This document shows positions 1 to 9,318 of a stretch of DNA of 64,000 nucleotides, piece after piece (position 1 is the stretch's first letter; the number at the start of each line of letters is the position of its first letter). Source of the stretch: Lama guanicoe (taxonomy: Eukaryota). The notes below the pieces were generated by a model. That model was not told where the DNA came from and ran no database searches. It saw only the letters and a list, made by a program, of their open reading frames with translations. Position numbers and translations under genes: made by a program. The DNA is taken from positions 5,049,514-5,113,513 of the forward strand of contig MU054117.1 of NCBI GenBank assembly GCA_013239625.1, read 5' to 3'.

Positions 1-987
<987 letters not shown>

Positions 988-1434
988 TGAGCAGAGGGAG
1001 GAAGGAAGGGACAGATGGAAGGCCAAGGCTCCTGTGGTGTGCAGAGGTGGGGAGGTGGCGGGGGTGGGGGCAGAAAGCGCACAGTATCTTGACCAGGTCC
1101 CTCTCCCTTGTCCCCCCGGCTTTCTTCCCAGACGTCCAACCCCGTGGCCACCGCCCCTCCCCAACCCCGTTGGTGTGATTATTTCATCTGTTAGATGTGG
1201 CTGTTTTGCGTAGCATCGTGTGCTGCCCTTTCCCCTCCCCAGTCCCCGTGTGCGCGCCCCCACTGCGATGTATGCCCCTTCCCCCACATTAATAATTTAT
1301 ATATATAAATATCTATATGACGCTCTTTAAAAAACATCCCAAACAAAACCAACCAACCAAACAAAAAAAAAATCCTCACGACTCCCCAGGAAGATGGCTG
1401 TGACTGTTTCTTTGTGGACTATGGGGGCAGGGGT

Positions 1435-1461
1435 GTGGTGGTGGTGGTGGTGGTGGTGGTG
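1435..1461. repeat. (GGT)n microsatellite downstream of the ATN1 3' end
   Basis: About 9 tandem GTG/GGT units read directly. Confidence 0.85.
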
Positions 1462-2010
1462 TAGGTCACTGCGCAGCGGCGCCCGGACAGAATGCTGTGG
1501 GACCACCGGAGATCAGCCTGGAAGTGAGTAGGGACCGTGGAGAATAGGAGAGGGGATCTCGAACAACATGGAGCCCGGGCTCCGCCAGAGTGGGTACCGG
1601 TGCTAGTCCCGTCCTTCTAGGAAGTCGGGATGCTGGCGGCCTGGGACAGGCACATCTCTACGCCCTCCAAGGAACTTCTCAGACTTAGGAGGCATTTCTG
1701 CCACTGGTCCCATATAGCTCGGAGCCACCAGTCCTGAATTCTCTCCGAAGAATGGTTAGAAACGGTGATAAAGCAGAGGTGCAGGGGCGTGGCTGCAATA
1801 GGTTGAAGCGATTAGAACCCGGGAGTGGGTTTTAAGAGGGAGTGGGTGACAATTTCAGAAGGGAAGGGAAACAAGAAGGCGTTAGCACACACCCCTACAC
1901 AAGGCCATTTTAGGAAAGCACAAGAGCTGATTTAGCGCCCAGTTTTTATTGCTGCGAAGCTCTGTCTTGCTTCTTAAAAACTAAAGGGGAGTGTCTGGCT
2001 TCTTTCTCAG

Positions 2011-2035
2011 CCAATCGGCATCGACTCATTTGCAT
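2011..2035 (+). promoter_or_regulatory. U7 snRNA distal sequence element (CCAAT plus octamer)
   Basis: CCAAT at 2011-2015 and octamer ATTTGCAT at 2028-2035, about 200 nt upstream of U7, the usual DSE position for Pol II snRNA genes. Confidence 0.8.
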
Positions 2036-2172
2036 AGACTTGTATCAAACATTCACAAATCCTAGAAAGAAAAATTTGAGGGAGTTCTTTAGAATACTGT
2101 TTTTCCCTTTGAAAGTTACAGCGTGCCTCGTCGCTTGTACAGCAATAGGGGTTAGGAAGCCCCAATCGGAGC

Positions 2173-2190
2173 TCACCCTCACCAAGAGTG
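2173..2190 (+). promoter_or_regulatory. U7 snRNA proximal sequence element (PSE, SNAPc site)
   Basis: TCACCCTCACCAAGAGTG at about -61 to -44 from the U7 5' end fits the TCACCNTNA... PSE consensus. No TATA follows, consistent with a Pol II snRNA promoter. Confidence 0.82.
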
Positions 2191-2232
2191 GAGTTAGTGG
2201 CTATGCCGTCTTCTCCCCGGGCCTTCGCTCCT

Positions 2233-2294
2233 CAGTGTAACAGCTCTTTTAGAATTTGTCTAGTAGGCTTTCCGGTCCGCACCGGAAAGCCCCC
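2233..2294 (+). ncRNA. RNU7-1: U7 small nuclear RNA (histone pre-mRNA 3' processing)
   Basis: CAGTGTAACAGCTCTTTTAG (HDE-pairing 5' arm), the U7-specific Sm site AATTTGTCTAG (2253-2263) and a 3' hairpin GGCTTTCCGGT-CCGC-ACCGGAAAGCC (2266-2291). Flanking DSE, PSE and 3' box indicate the true gene rather than a retrocopy. Confidence 0.96.
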
Positions 2295-2303
2295 ACGTAC
2301 GTC

Positions 2304-2318
2304 GTCTGCAACAATAGA
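2304..2318 (+). terminator. snRNA 3' box (Integrator processing signal) of U7
   Basis: GTCTGCAACAATAGA about 10 nt after the U7 3' end loosely fits GTYYN0-3AAARNNAGA. Confidence 0.6.
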
Positions 2319-2539
2319 ATCATTTTCGCGGGGGCGCCGTGCTCTCTGCTTGCTGCCTTTGTTGGGTGCTAGCTGTCTATTTTCTTCCCGAGAGGTCGCA
2401 GTGGGGAGGGTTCGGACGCTTCCGGCCTCGACTGGTGCAGCTTCCCCTCCGCCCCCACCCGGCCAGAGAGCCTGTCTGGGAGGCGGCTCGCTGCTTTGGA
2501 GCGTTCTCTTGGAGGCGTTGCACGTGCATCTTTTGTCCT

Positions 2540-3977
2540 ATGGCGTCCGCCTCGGCCCAAGCCGCCTCTCTGAGTGCGGAACAGGCCAAGGGTGAGAAGC
2601 CTGCTAGTGACCGGGTGGGTTTCCTGCGGGAGGAGGGTGCGGGCGGGAAGAGCTGGGGCGAGAGATGTGGCTGCATTCGCCGGGGAGTGGGGCCGCGCGG
2701 TGCTATCCTCCCCCTCTTAAGAGAGGTCCTTTCCTCTTTAGAGGGAGGGATTCGGGGCCCTAGTTCATCGCGTTAGTGCGGTGTCAGTCCACTAATTCCC
2801 TGCTCTCTTCCCTTCACTCTCGGCTGGGCCTGTCGGCCGTGCTCTGATGCCTACCGGGACTCCTGCCTGGGATTCATCTGCCGCACAGTGGTCCTGGCCG
2901 AGGTGATCCAGGCGTTCTCGGCTCCGGAGAACGCCGTGCGCATGGACGAGGCTCGCGACAATGCGTGCAACGACATGGGCAAGATGCTGCAATTCGTGCT
3001 ACCCGTGGCCACGCAGATTCAGCAGGAGGTTATCAAAGCCTATGGCTTCAGCTGCGACGGGGAAGGTGGGTCGGACGGCGGTCGGGGTGGACTGGGTTGG
3101 GGAGAGGGCGACAGAACCGTCGTTCCCTTTCTGGCCACACGGCGGCAGCCACAATCTAACAGTATTGGCACTCAGAGATCCAGGGTCTAGTGTGAACCTG
3201 AGCCAGGCGAAATCCTAAGTGCATTTTACAGTTATCATTGATTATACTATTATCCTATCTTAAGATGAGGAAACAGAATCTAGTAATAAACTGCCGGAGG
3301 TCACAGCAGAGCTGGCCTGAACCCCTTCTCGTGCAGGGATGTCTGCATAACAGCACGCTTCTGCAGCCCCTTCAAGGTGTTTCAGCTAATCTCTGAGGGC
3401 TGGCAGTTCAGTTTCTTTGGTGAGGGCGTGGTGTTTCCCGAGGGTGTTTATTGATTCAGTCCAGCTGGCCCACAGCCCTCCTGTATCCTGGTCATCAACC
3501 GGTGATCTTGTGGGCGTGCATACTTTTGGGTCTTGTGATGAAATTGCTAAAATGGTTCACCTGATAGTGAGAATCACAATGCTTTGGGATATTTTCATTC
3601 ACTGCATCCCGTCCAGTTGTGCCTGGCGTAGACCAGGAAGTGGTTTATCGAAACCTCACAGGGCAGAGGCCTGCATATGTCTTGTTTGGCAGACAGCTAC
3701 CTGGCTACCAGAGGGGTGGCAGCCAGTGACTCATGCTCACACTACCTCCAGCCACCGTCTCCCGTTCTGTCTTGGACTCATCTGTCCCCTGGGGTTGTGG
3801 GTTAATTCTCCGCTCACCCTTGCAGGTGTCCTTAAGTTTGCCCGCTTGGTCAAGTCTTACGAAGCCCAGGATCCCGAGATTGCCAGCCTGTCGGGCAAGC
3901 TGAAGGCGCTCTTCCTGCCTCCCATGACCTTGCCGCCCCACGGGCCTGCTTCGGGTGGCAGCGTGGCCGCCTCCTGA
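2540..3977 (+). CDS. C12orf57: Protein C10 / GRCC10, 126 aa; exons 2540-2591, 2889-3065, 3826-3977
   Basis: MASASAQAASLSAEQAKV/VLAEVIQAFSAPENAVRMDEARDNACNDMGKMLQFVLPVATQIQQEVIKAYGFSCDGEG/VLKFARLVKSYEAQDPEIASLSGKLKALFLPPMTLPPHGPASGGSVAAS*. 52+177+152=381 nt. GT-AG introns. CpG-island start. Confidence 0.96.
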
Positions 3978-4032
3978 GTTGGCCCTCCCATGACACTGCC
4001 AGGGAAGGGAAAACCTTGGTGTTCTGGAGGAT

Positions 4033-4038
4033 AATAAA
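4033..4038 (+). terminator. C12orf57 polyadenylation signal
   Basis: AATAAA 55 nt after the stop codon, followed by GT/T-rich sequence. Confidence 0.8.
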
Positions 4039-4689
4039 TGTGCCTGAGACTTAGCCTTGGTGTCAGTCTTTTGTGACCCTGACAACCCTTGTGTCCTGGT
4101 CCGGTTCCCTCTGCCTTTCAGGCCATTCCATCTCAGTCCAGATCCTTTCTGGGCTCCAGGGCAGGGTGGGAGGATGGGCCGGCCCCCAACACCCCAGGTG
4201 GGTGGGCCTGCACCGGTGGCACCTCCTCTGAGAAGTGGGGCTTCCTGAACTTTTCCTGAGGCTTCTAGGCTTCTGTGCCCTGAGAGGCTTCCCCATTGGC
4301 TGATGTTCCCCTGGCCAAGGTTACTTCCTGATCTTTGCCCCCACCCACCCTCTCCCGTTCTGTCATTTTGTCTGCTGAAACTCCAGGTGGCTCCTCCCCT
4401 CCCGAGGGAAGGAGGCCCTGGACAGGCAGGCAGAGCTGGGGCTGCAGGGAGAAGCCAGCTGCTGTGGGCGGTCTGAGGCCAGCCCCACCCCACCTGCCCC
4501 TTTTCCGGGGACATTTAGTCCAGGGGCTTGTCCCTGTGGTGCCTTTGGCCTGGTGGGCAGCCTTGAGAGGGAGGTGGCTGAGTTCTGAGTGCTCTTCCTC
4601 ACCTGGCTTGAGCCGCTGCACAGCTGCGTCCCCGGCTTGGCCCCGCCCCCTGTGGCCTTCTGCCTGTGACTCCCCACCCCTCTGGGGAG

Positions 4690-4703
4690 ATGCTGTCCCG
4701 CGG
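4690..4703 (+). CDS. PTPN6: PTPN6 alternative first coding exon from distal (epithelial, P1) promoter: MLSRG
   Basis: ATG CTG TCC CGC GG|GTAAGT. Splices in phase to 9412 to give MLSRGWFHRDL, the known 597-aa SHP-1 N-terminus. Confidence 0.9.
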
Positions 4704-5154
4704 GTAAGTCCCCTGCTCCACCTGGGTGCCACAGTCTCCTGTTCTTCTGGGAGGGGAGGGCAGTGTTCATGCTCACCCCTGACAGGTATGTGCCCGTGAG
4801 TGTGATCTGTCCCTGTCCCCTGCCTGGGGTCTGCTTCCTGTCCTACTTACCGCGTCACCCAAGATGCCAGGAGCTCCAGGCTCATTCACGCACCTCTGCC
4901 CTGCTCCCCCCAACCTTCTCTAGCACTTTCCCCCTGACAGATGATACTTATTTTCACCATTGTATTTCTCTCTCCACCCTCTGGTCCCTGCTTCTGCCAT
5001 CTACTTAGGACCTGTCCCCCTGGGTAGCTCTCATCACCTGCAACGTTACAAGTATGCAAGGCAGACCTGAGAAAGCTCCCTAGTTCCCACTCAACTTCCC
5101 AACGTCCTTCATTCCGCTTTCCTTCAGTTTCCCTTCACACCGCGTCCTCTGCAT

Positions 5155-5600
5155 CATTCATCCCACAGATACCCACTGAGCATCCAGTATACGCCAGGGG
5201 CTTTTAAGGTGCTGCCAACACTGTAGCAAACAAGACAGAATCCCTGCCCTCACGGAGCTTCACTCCAGGGGGAGGCGACAGCCTGCATGAAGAGCCATCA
5301 AAAAGGATAATTGCAGATTTTCAGACGTATTACCCAGAAAATGAAACAGCTTCACGTGGCTAGCAAGTGACTGGGGTGCCAATGGCATCTGTAGCTGGAG
5401 GTCAGGGAGGGCTTTCCTGAGCAGGTGACATGGGAGCTGAGACCTGGATGAGGAGGAAGAGCCAGCCTCCAGCCTCCAGGCCAGTGCCCCCTGGGCAGAG
5501 GGAATGGGCAGTGCAAAGGCCCCACTGTGGGAACAAACAAAGTAAGACAGTGCCTGCAGCAGAGCAGGCCAGTGGGGAGGGAGCCAGGGCCCAGGCAGGA
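5155..5600 (-). mobile_element. L2 LINE 3' fragment (old, diverged)
   Basis: L2-type motifs CATTCAT...CTGAGCA..., CCCTGCCCTCACGGAGCTT, GGTCAGGGAGGGCTTTCCTGAGCAGGTGACA, CAGTGCAAAGGCCC. Boundaries approximate. Confidence 0.6.
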
Positions 5601-5620
5601 CCAGGCCTAGCTGGAGTTTG

Positions 5621-5759
5621 TTGGTTTTTTTGTTTTTTGAGGCTTTTTTTGGGGGGGGTAATTAGGTTTATTTATTTATTTTGATGGAAGTCCTGGGGAT
5701 TGAACCCAGGACCTTGTGCAAGCTAACCATGTGCTCTGCCACTGAGCTATACCCTCCCT
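5621..5759 (-). mobile_element. tRNA-derived SINE (camelid Vic-1-like) with 16-bp TSD
   Basis: The minus strand reads GGGAGGGTATAGCTCAGTGGCAGAGC (A box)...GGTTCAATCCCC (B box)...AAATAAATAAACCTAATTACCCC plus an A-rich tail. TSD GCCTAGCTGGAGTTTG (5605-5620) / GCCTTGCTGGAGTTTG (5760-5775). Confidence 0.88.
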
Positions 5760-6244
5760 GCCTTGCTGGAGTTTGGATATTCCAGTGAGGACCAGCTTGG
5801 AGGGTTGGTGAGTTGGAAGGTTGGTCGCCCTCAAATCCTCAGGTCCTTGCTTCTCACTCTCACACCTGCCCTTCCTTTCCGTGTGCCCTACCTCCCCCAA
5901 GTGCATGGGTTTTTTCCTTCAGCCCTGATGACAGGGTTCTCAGCCAGTCTTCTGGTCTCTGATCCCTTCCACACACCTGCCTCCATCATTTTCCTGCCAG
6001 ACAGTTGGCCAGGCCTCTCCTGGTACAGAATCCTTCCTGGTTTGCTCAGCTGGGCCCTGTGAGACCCTCTGCCATGGGTCGCAGCCTCTCAGCAGCTCAG
6101 CTCCGCCACAGTGCTCTGCTCAGAGCATCCTGGGCCTGCCATCTGGGTGCCCTGGCCAATGTTGGGTCTGCCAGAGCACCAGCCCCTCTGGCCTCCGTTG
6201 TGGGCTGTGCCCCAGGCCCACCTCTTCCTGCAGCAGCAGGTGGT

Positions 6245-6430
6245 GTGGTGGGAAGGGCAGTAGACTCTGGTGTCACACAGCCTTGGTTTGTCGTCTTCCC
6301 ACTCACTAGCTTGTGACCTTGGGCAAGTAACTTCTCTGAGCCTTAGTTTTTGTTTCTAAAATTGGGCTAGCAAGACGTACAAAATAGGGTTGGCATGTGG
6401 ATTAATAACATCACATGAAAGCTGTTTGTG
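6245..6430 (+). mobile_element. MIR SINE
   Basis: Core CACTCACTAGCTTGTGACCTTGGGCAAGTAACTTCTCTGAGCCTTAGTTT. Boundaries approximate. Confidence 0.7.
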
Positions 6431-7583
6431 CTGAAAGTCTATTTTCTATTAGCTTTTTTTGGCAGCATTTGGGCAATCTTGTTAAGCCCATTTATCAGGT
6501 AGGGATCCTGAGGCGAGGAGAACTTCAGTAACTTTCCAGCGATTATTTCACTTTGTGCTTCCAGACTGCCTGTCTTTCCACATCATCATTGAGCTCCACC
6601 TCTCCCTTTATTTCCTTGCTTCCCAGGTGAAGAATTTTCTCTTCTGAATTAGTAGGCACTTATTTTTGCAACTCCCGGCTTCCTCAAGCCTGTTTTCTTT
6701 CCCTTAAAAAAGGAATCAGGAACTTAACTCCCACGTCACAGGGATGTTCGAGGCCCAGATGGGATTGTGTGTGTGCATGTGCTCTGCAAACTCCGGAGCC
6801 TGTGTGTCATGGTTATTATTTATTTTCCCGACAAGGGACAGCAGAGACTGTACACCTTAGTGTTCATCTTCTGGCTTGACGTCTTTCAGAGGAATTCCTG
6901 CCTCTATCATGGTCAGGAGTTTCTGGGTGGCTAGTAGTTTCTCCCCTCTGAGTGGTTTAAGCCCCAGAAGGAGAGTGGCCTGTGGCCAGGGTGCAGCGGG
7001 TGTTTAGTGCCGAGCATGGATCTGCAACTTCATGTGTGGTTGGGATGCTGGGTCCACGTGTGGTTATTTGCAGGTCTGTGTGTAGATGGACATGGATGAT
7101 GAAGTGTATGTGGTGGGACTGTGTGTGCATAAGTGATGCTTGTGTGTGTATTTGACAAACAGGGTGTGGACATGCAGGGCCTGGCTGGGCTTGTGACCAT
7201 GTATGTGCATGGGGACTTAGCAGCTTGTTTATTGGACATATACTCTGTGTGTTTCATCGTGCTAAAATTTGACAGCTTGGAGGTGAGCCAGACTGGCGGT
7301 GGACCCCACTGTGGTAGAGGCGACTGTGCCCACACTCTTCCTGCCCCCTGCTGTGGGTGGGAGCTCATGGTCTTTCAGGGCAGCTGTCCAAGACTGAAGG
7401 TAGTCAGTGTGCAATAAACAGACCAAGCAATGTCCCCAGGGCACCAGAAAGAGGGAGAGAATGTAGCCCTTTTTGGGGGCAGGGAAATTGATGTTTGATG
7501 TTTCAAAAAAATGATAAAGTCATTATAAGAAAAATACACTTTTGCTGGGCTTCAACACTTTGTTATTTATTTTCTCTCTCTCT

Positions 7584-7668
7584 CTTTTTTTTTAATGGAG
7601 GTCTGGGGATTGAACCAGAATCCCATGCATGCTAAGCATGCACTCTACCATCGAGCTATACCCACCTC
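7584..7668 (-). mobile_element. tRNA-derived SINE (Vic-1-like), short copy
   Basis: The minus strand reads GGTGGGTATAGCTCGATGGTAGAGTGCATGCTTAGCATGCATG...GGTTCAATCCCCAGACCTCCATT plus poly(A). Confidence 0.8.
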
Positions 7669-8550
7669 CTACTTTTCCTTACTTTTTCTGAGGCATAGCT
7701 GTACATGTGAATATTGAGCATACAGCCTGGTGATCATCGCATTCACTGACATCTGTGTATAGCACCACCCCGATCGCGACGTAGAGCATTCCCAGCCCCC
7801 AGAAGTGTCCCAGAAATTGCCATCTCCTAGTTTCTTTATTTTATAAAGGCAATGCATGCCCATAATATAACCTTCAGAAAGGTGGAGAGGAGAAGGGAAC
7901 GTCCCTCCCAGCCCTCTCCTCCGGCCGCCCAGCCCCCTGCCCGAGGGAAGCCAGCTGCAGGAGTTTCTCCTCAGTCTTTGGTTGGGCTTCTTTCCTCCTG
8001 CTTTGGTTTGGTGGTGCTTGTGTTCGCATTTGGAATTACTGGAAGTATCATGAGCTTTTAGTATTTAGGGCTTCTCCAGGCCAACCAGCCCTGAGAATAA
8101 GCCATGGCAGGGCCTGGGCCCCCAGCCCTAGGAGACAGGCCCCAGGTCAGAGTCCAGGGCTTTGGCCAATTCAGACCAGACCCTTGGCAAGAACCTATAG
8201 CTCAGGCCTAGGGTGGATGCACCCACAGGGGCTGGCGGCTCTGCTCCCACCTGCTTCCCTAGGTCTGCATTCCCCCCTCCAATTCCTTTCCTCACCCAAC
8301 TGCAGGGTTGGGGCGGGGGTGGGGGGCAGGCAAAGCCTGAGGATGAGAAGCAGAGGAGATGCCAGCTGGACAGGGCTGCTCAGGGGTCATCCCTCTGCCC
8401 CTGGGCACCTCTTCAGATGTTTGTCGGGGGTCAGGGCACCTGTCCCTCTGTGGGCATCTGCACGGGCTTGAAAATCAGGGAATCTTCCTCCCACTGCAGC
8501 CCCAGTTGAAGTCTCCCAACCTCTATTCTTTGAAGCCCGGAGGCCTAGCA

Positions 8551-8790
8551 TACAGTAGCTAAAATCACTGGCTTTGGAACCAGACTGTCTGGTTTTCAAC
8601 CCGTCGCTACCACTTACTGACTGTGTGACCCCGGGCGAGTTCCCAACCCTCCCTGAGCCTCAGGTTCCTTGCCTGGAAAGTGGGGTAATGAAGCCACCTG
8701 GTACACAGGGCTACTTTGAGGAACGGGTCAGATAAGGGCCATAAACAACGTAAGCATGGTGCCTGGTAGACAGTCACACTCCATTAATGA
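8551..8790 (+). mobile_element. MIR SINE upstream of the PTPN6 P2 promoter
   Basis: CCACTTACTGACTGTGTGACCCCGGGCGAGTT...CCTGAGCCTCAGGTTCCT...GTGCCTGG. Boundaries approximate. Confidence 0.68.
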
Positions 8791-8999
8791 TAGATGTCAC
8801 CATCACCATTATTACTGGCTTGGACCAGAGAAGGCTGTGTGGACACAGTTGGTGGAGCAGGCAGAGATGGCAGGTGACCGTGTGGGTTCACAGTACAAGC
8901 GCGATCGTCTCCCGGAGTGGGCGAGGCGCACCAGAGTCCTTGTTCGTGAGCCGCTGTCCCGTCCCGGGTGTGGAGTGGCAGTGCCAGGCTCCTGAGGCC

Positions 9000-9318
9000 T
9001 TTGATGGCAGACGTGTGGGAAGTGGGCCCCGTCCCCACCCCCACTGCCACCCGGCTCTGCTTCTCCTCGCTCTGCTCTAAAACGAGAAGTACAAGTGAGT
9101 TCCCCCAAGGGGTCGGCCGCGCCCCTTCCTGTCCCCGCCCTGCCGGCTGCCCCAGGCCAGTGGAGTGGCAGCCCCAGAACCAGGACCGCGGGCGGCGAGG
9201 TGGCCTGGGCACTTCGAGCCTGCAGGCTTTGCCCCAGCATTCTCGGCCTGCCCAGACTCAGCGGCACCCGCTGCTGCCTGCATCCCCTCCCCCGCTCCGG
9301 GGACCCCCCCCCCCCAGG
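9000..9318 (+). promoter_or_regulatory. PTPN6 proximal (haematopoietic, P2) promoter and 5' UTR
   Basis: CpG-rich. ETS/PU.1-like GGAAGT and AAAACGAGAAGT (9079-9090), kB-like GTGAGTTCCC (9095-9104), a GC box and CTTCCTG lie directly before the MVR start exon. Confidence 0.65.

Noticed and set aside
1082..1088. Possible miR-200c site in the ATN1 3' UTR (atrophin/miR-8 precedent)
   Set aside because: The sequence is CAGTATC, not the seed match CAGTATT. It is only an offset 6-mer.
3705..4514. 269-aa minus-strand ORF and similar long ORFs (18081-18932, 35451-36092, 35950-36567)
   Set aside because: They overlap real exons on the other strand or GC-rich UTR/intron sequence, with no family resemblance or splice support.
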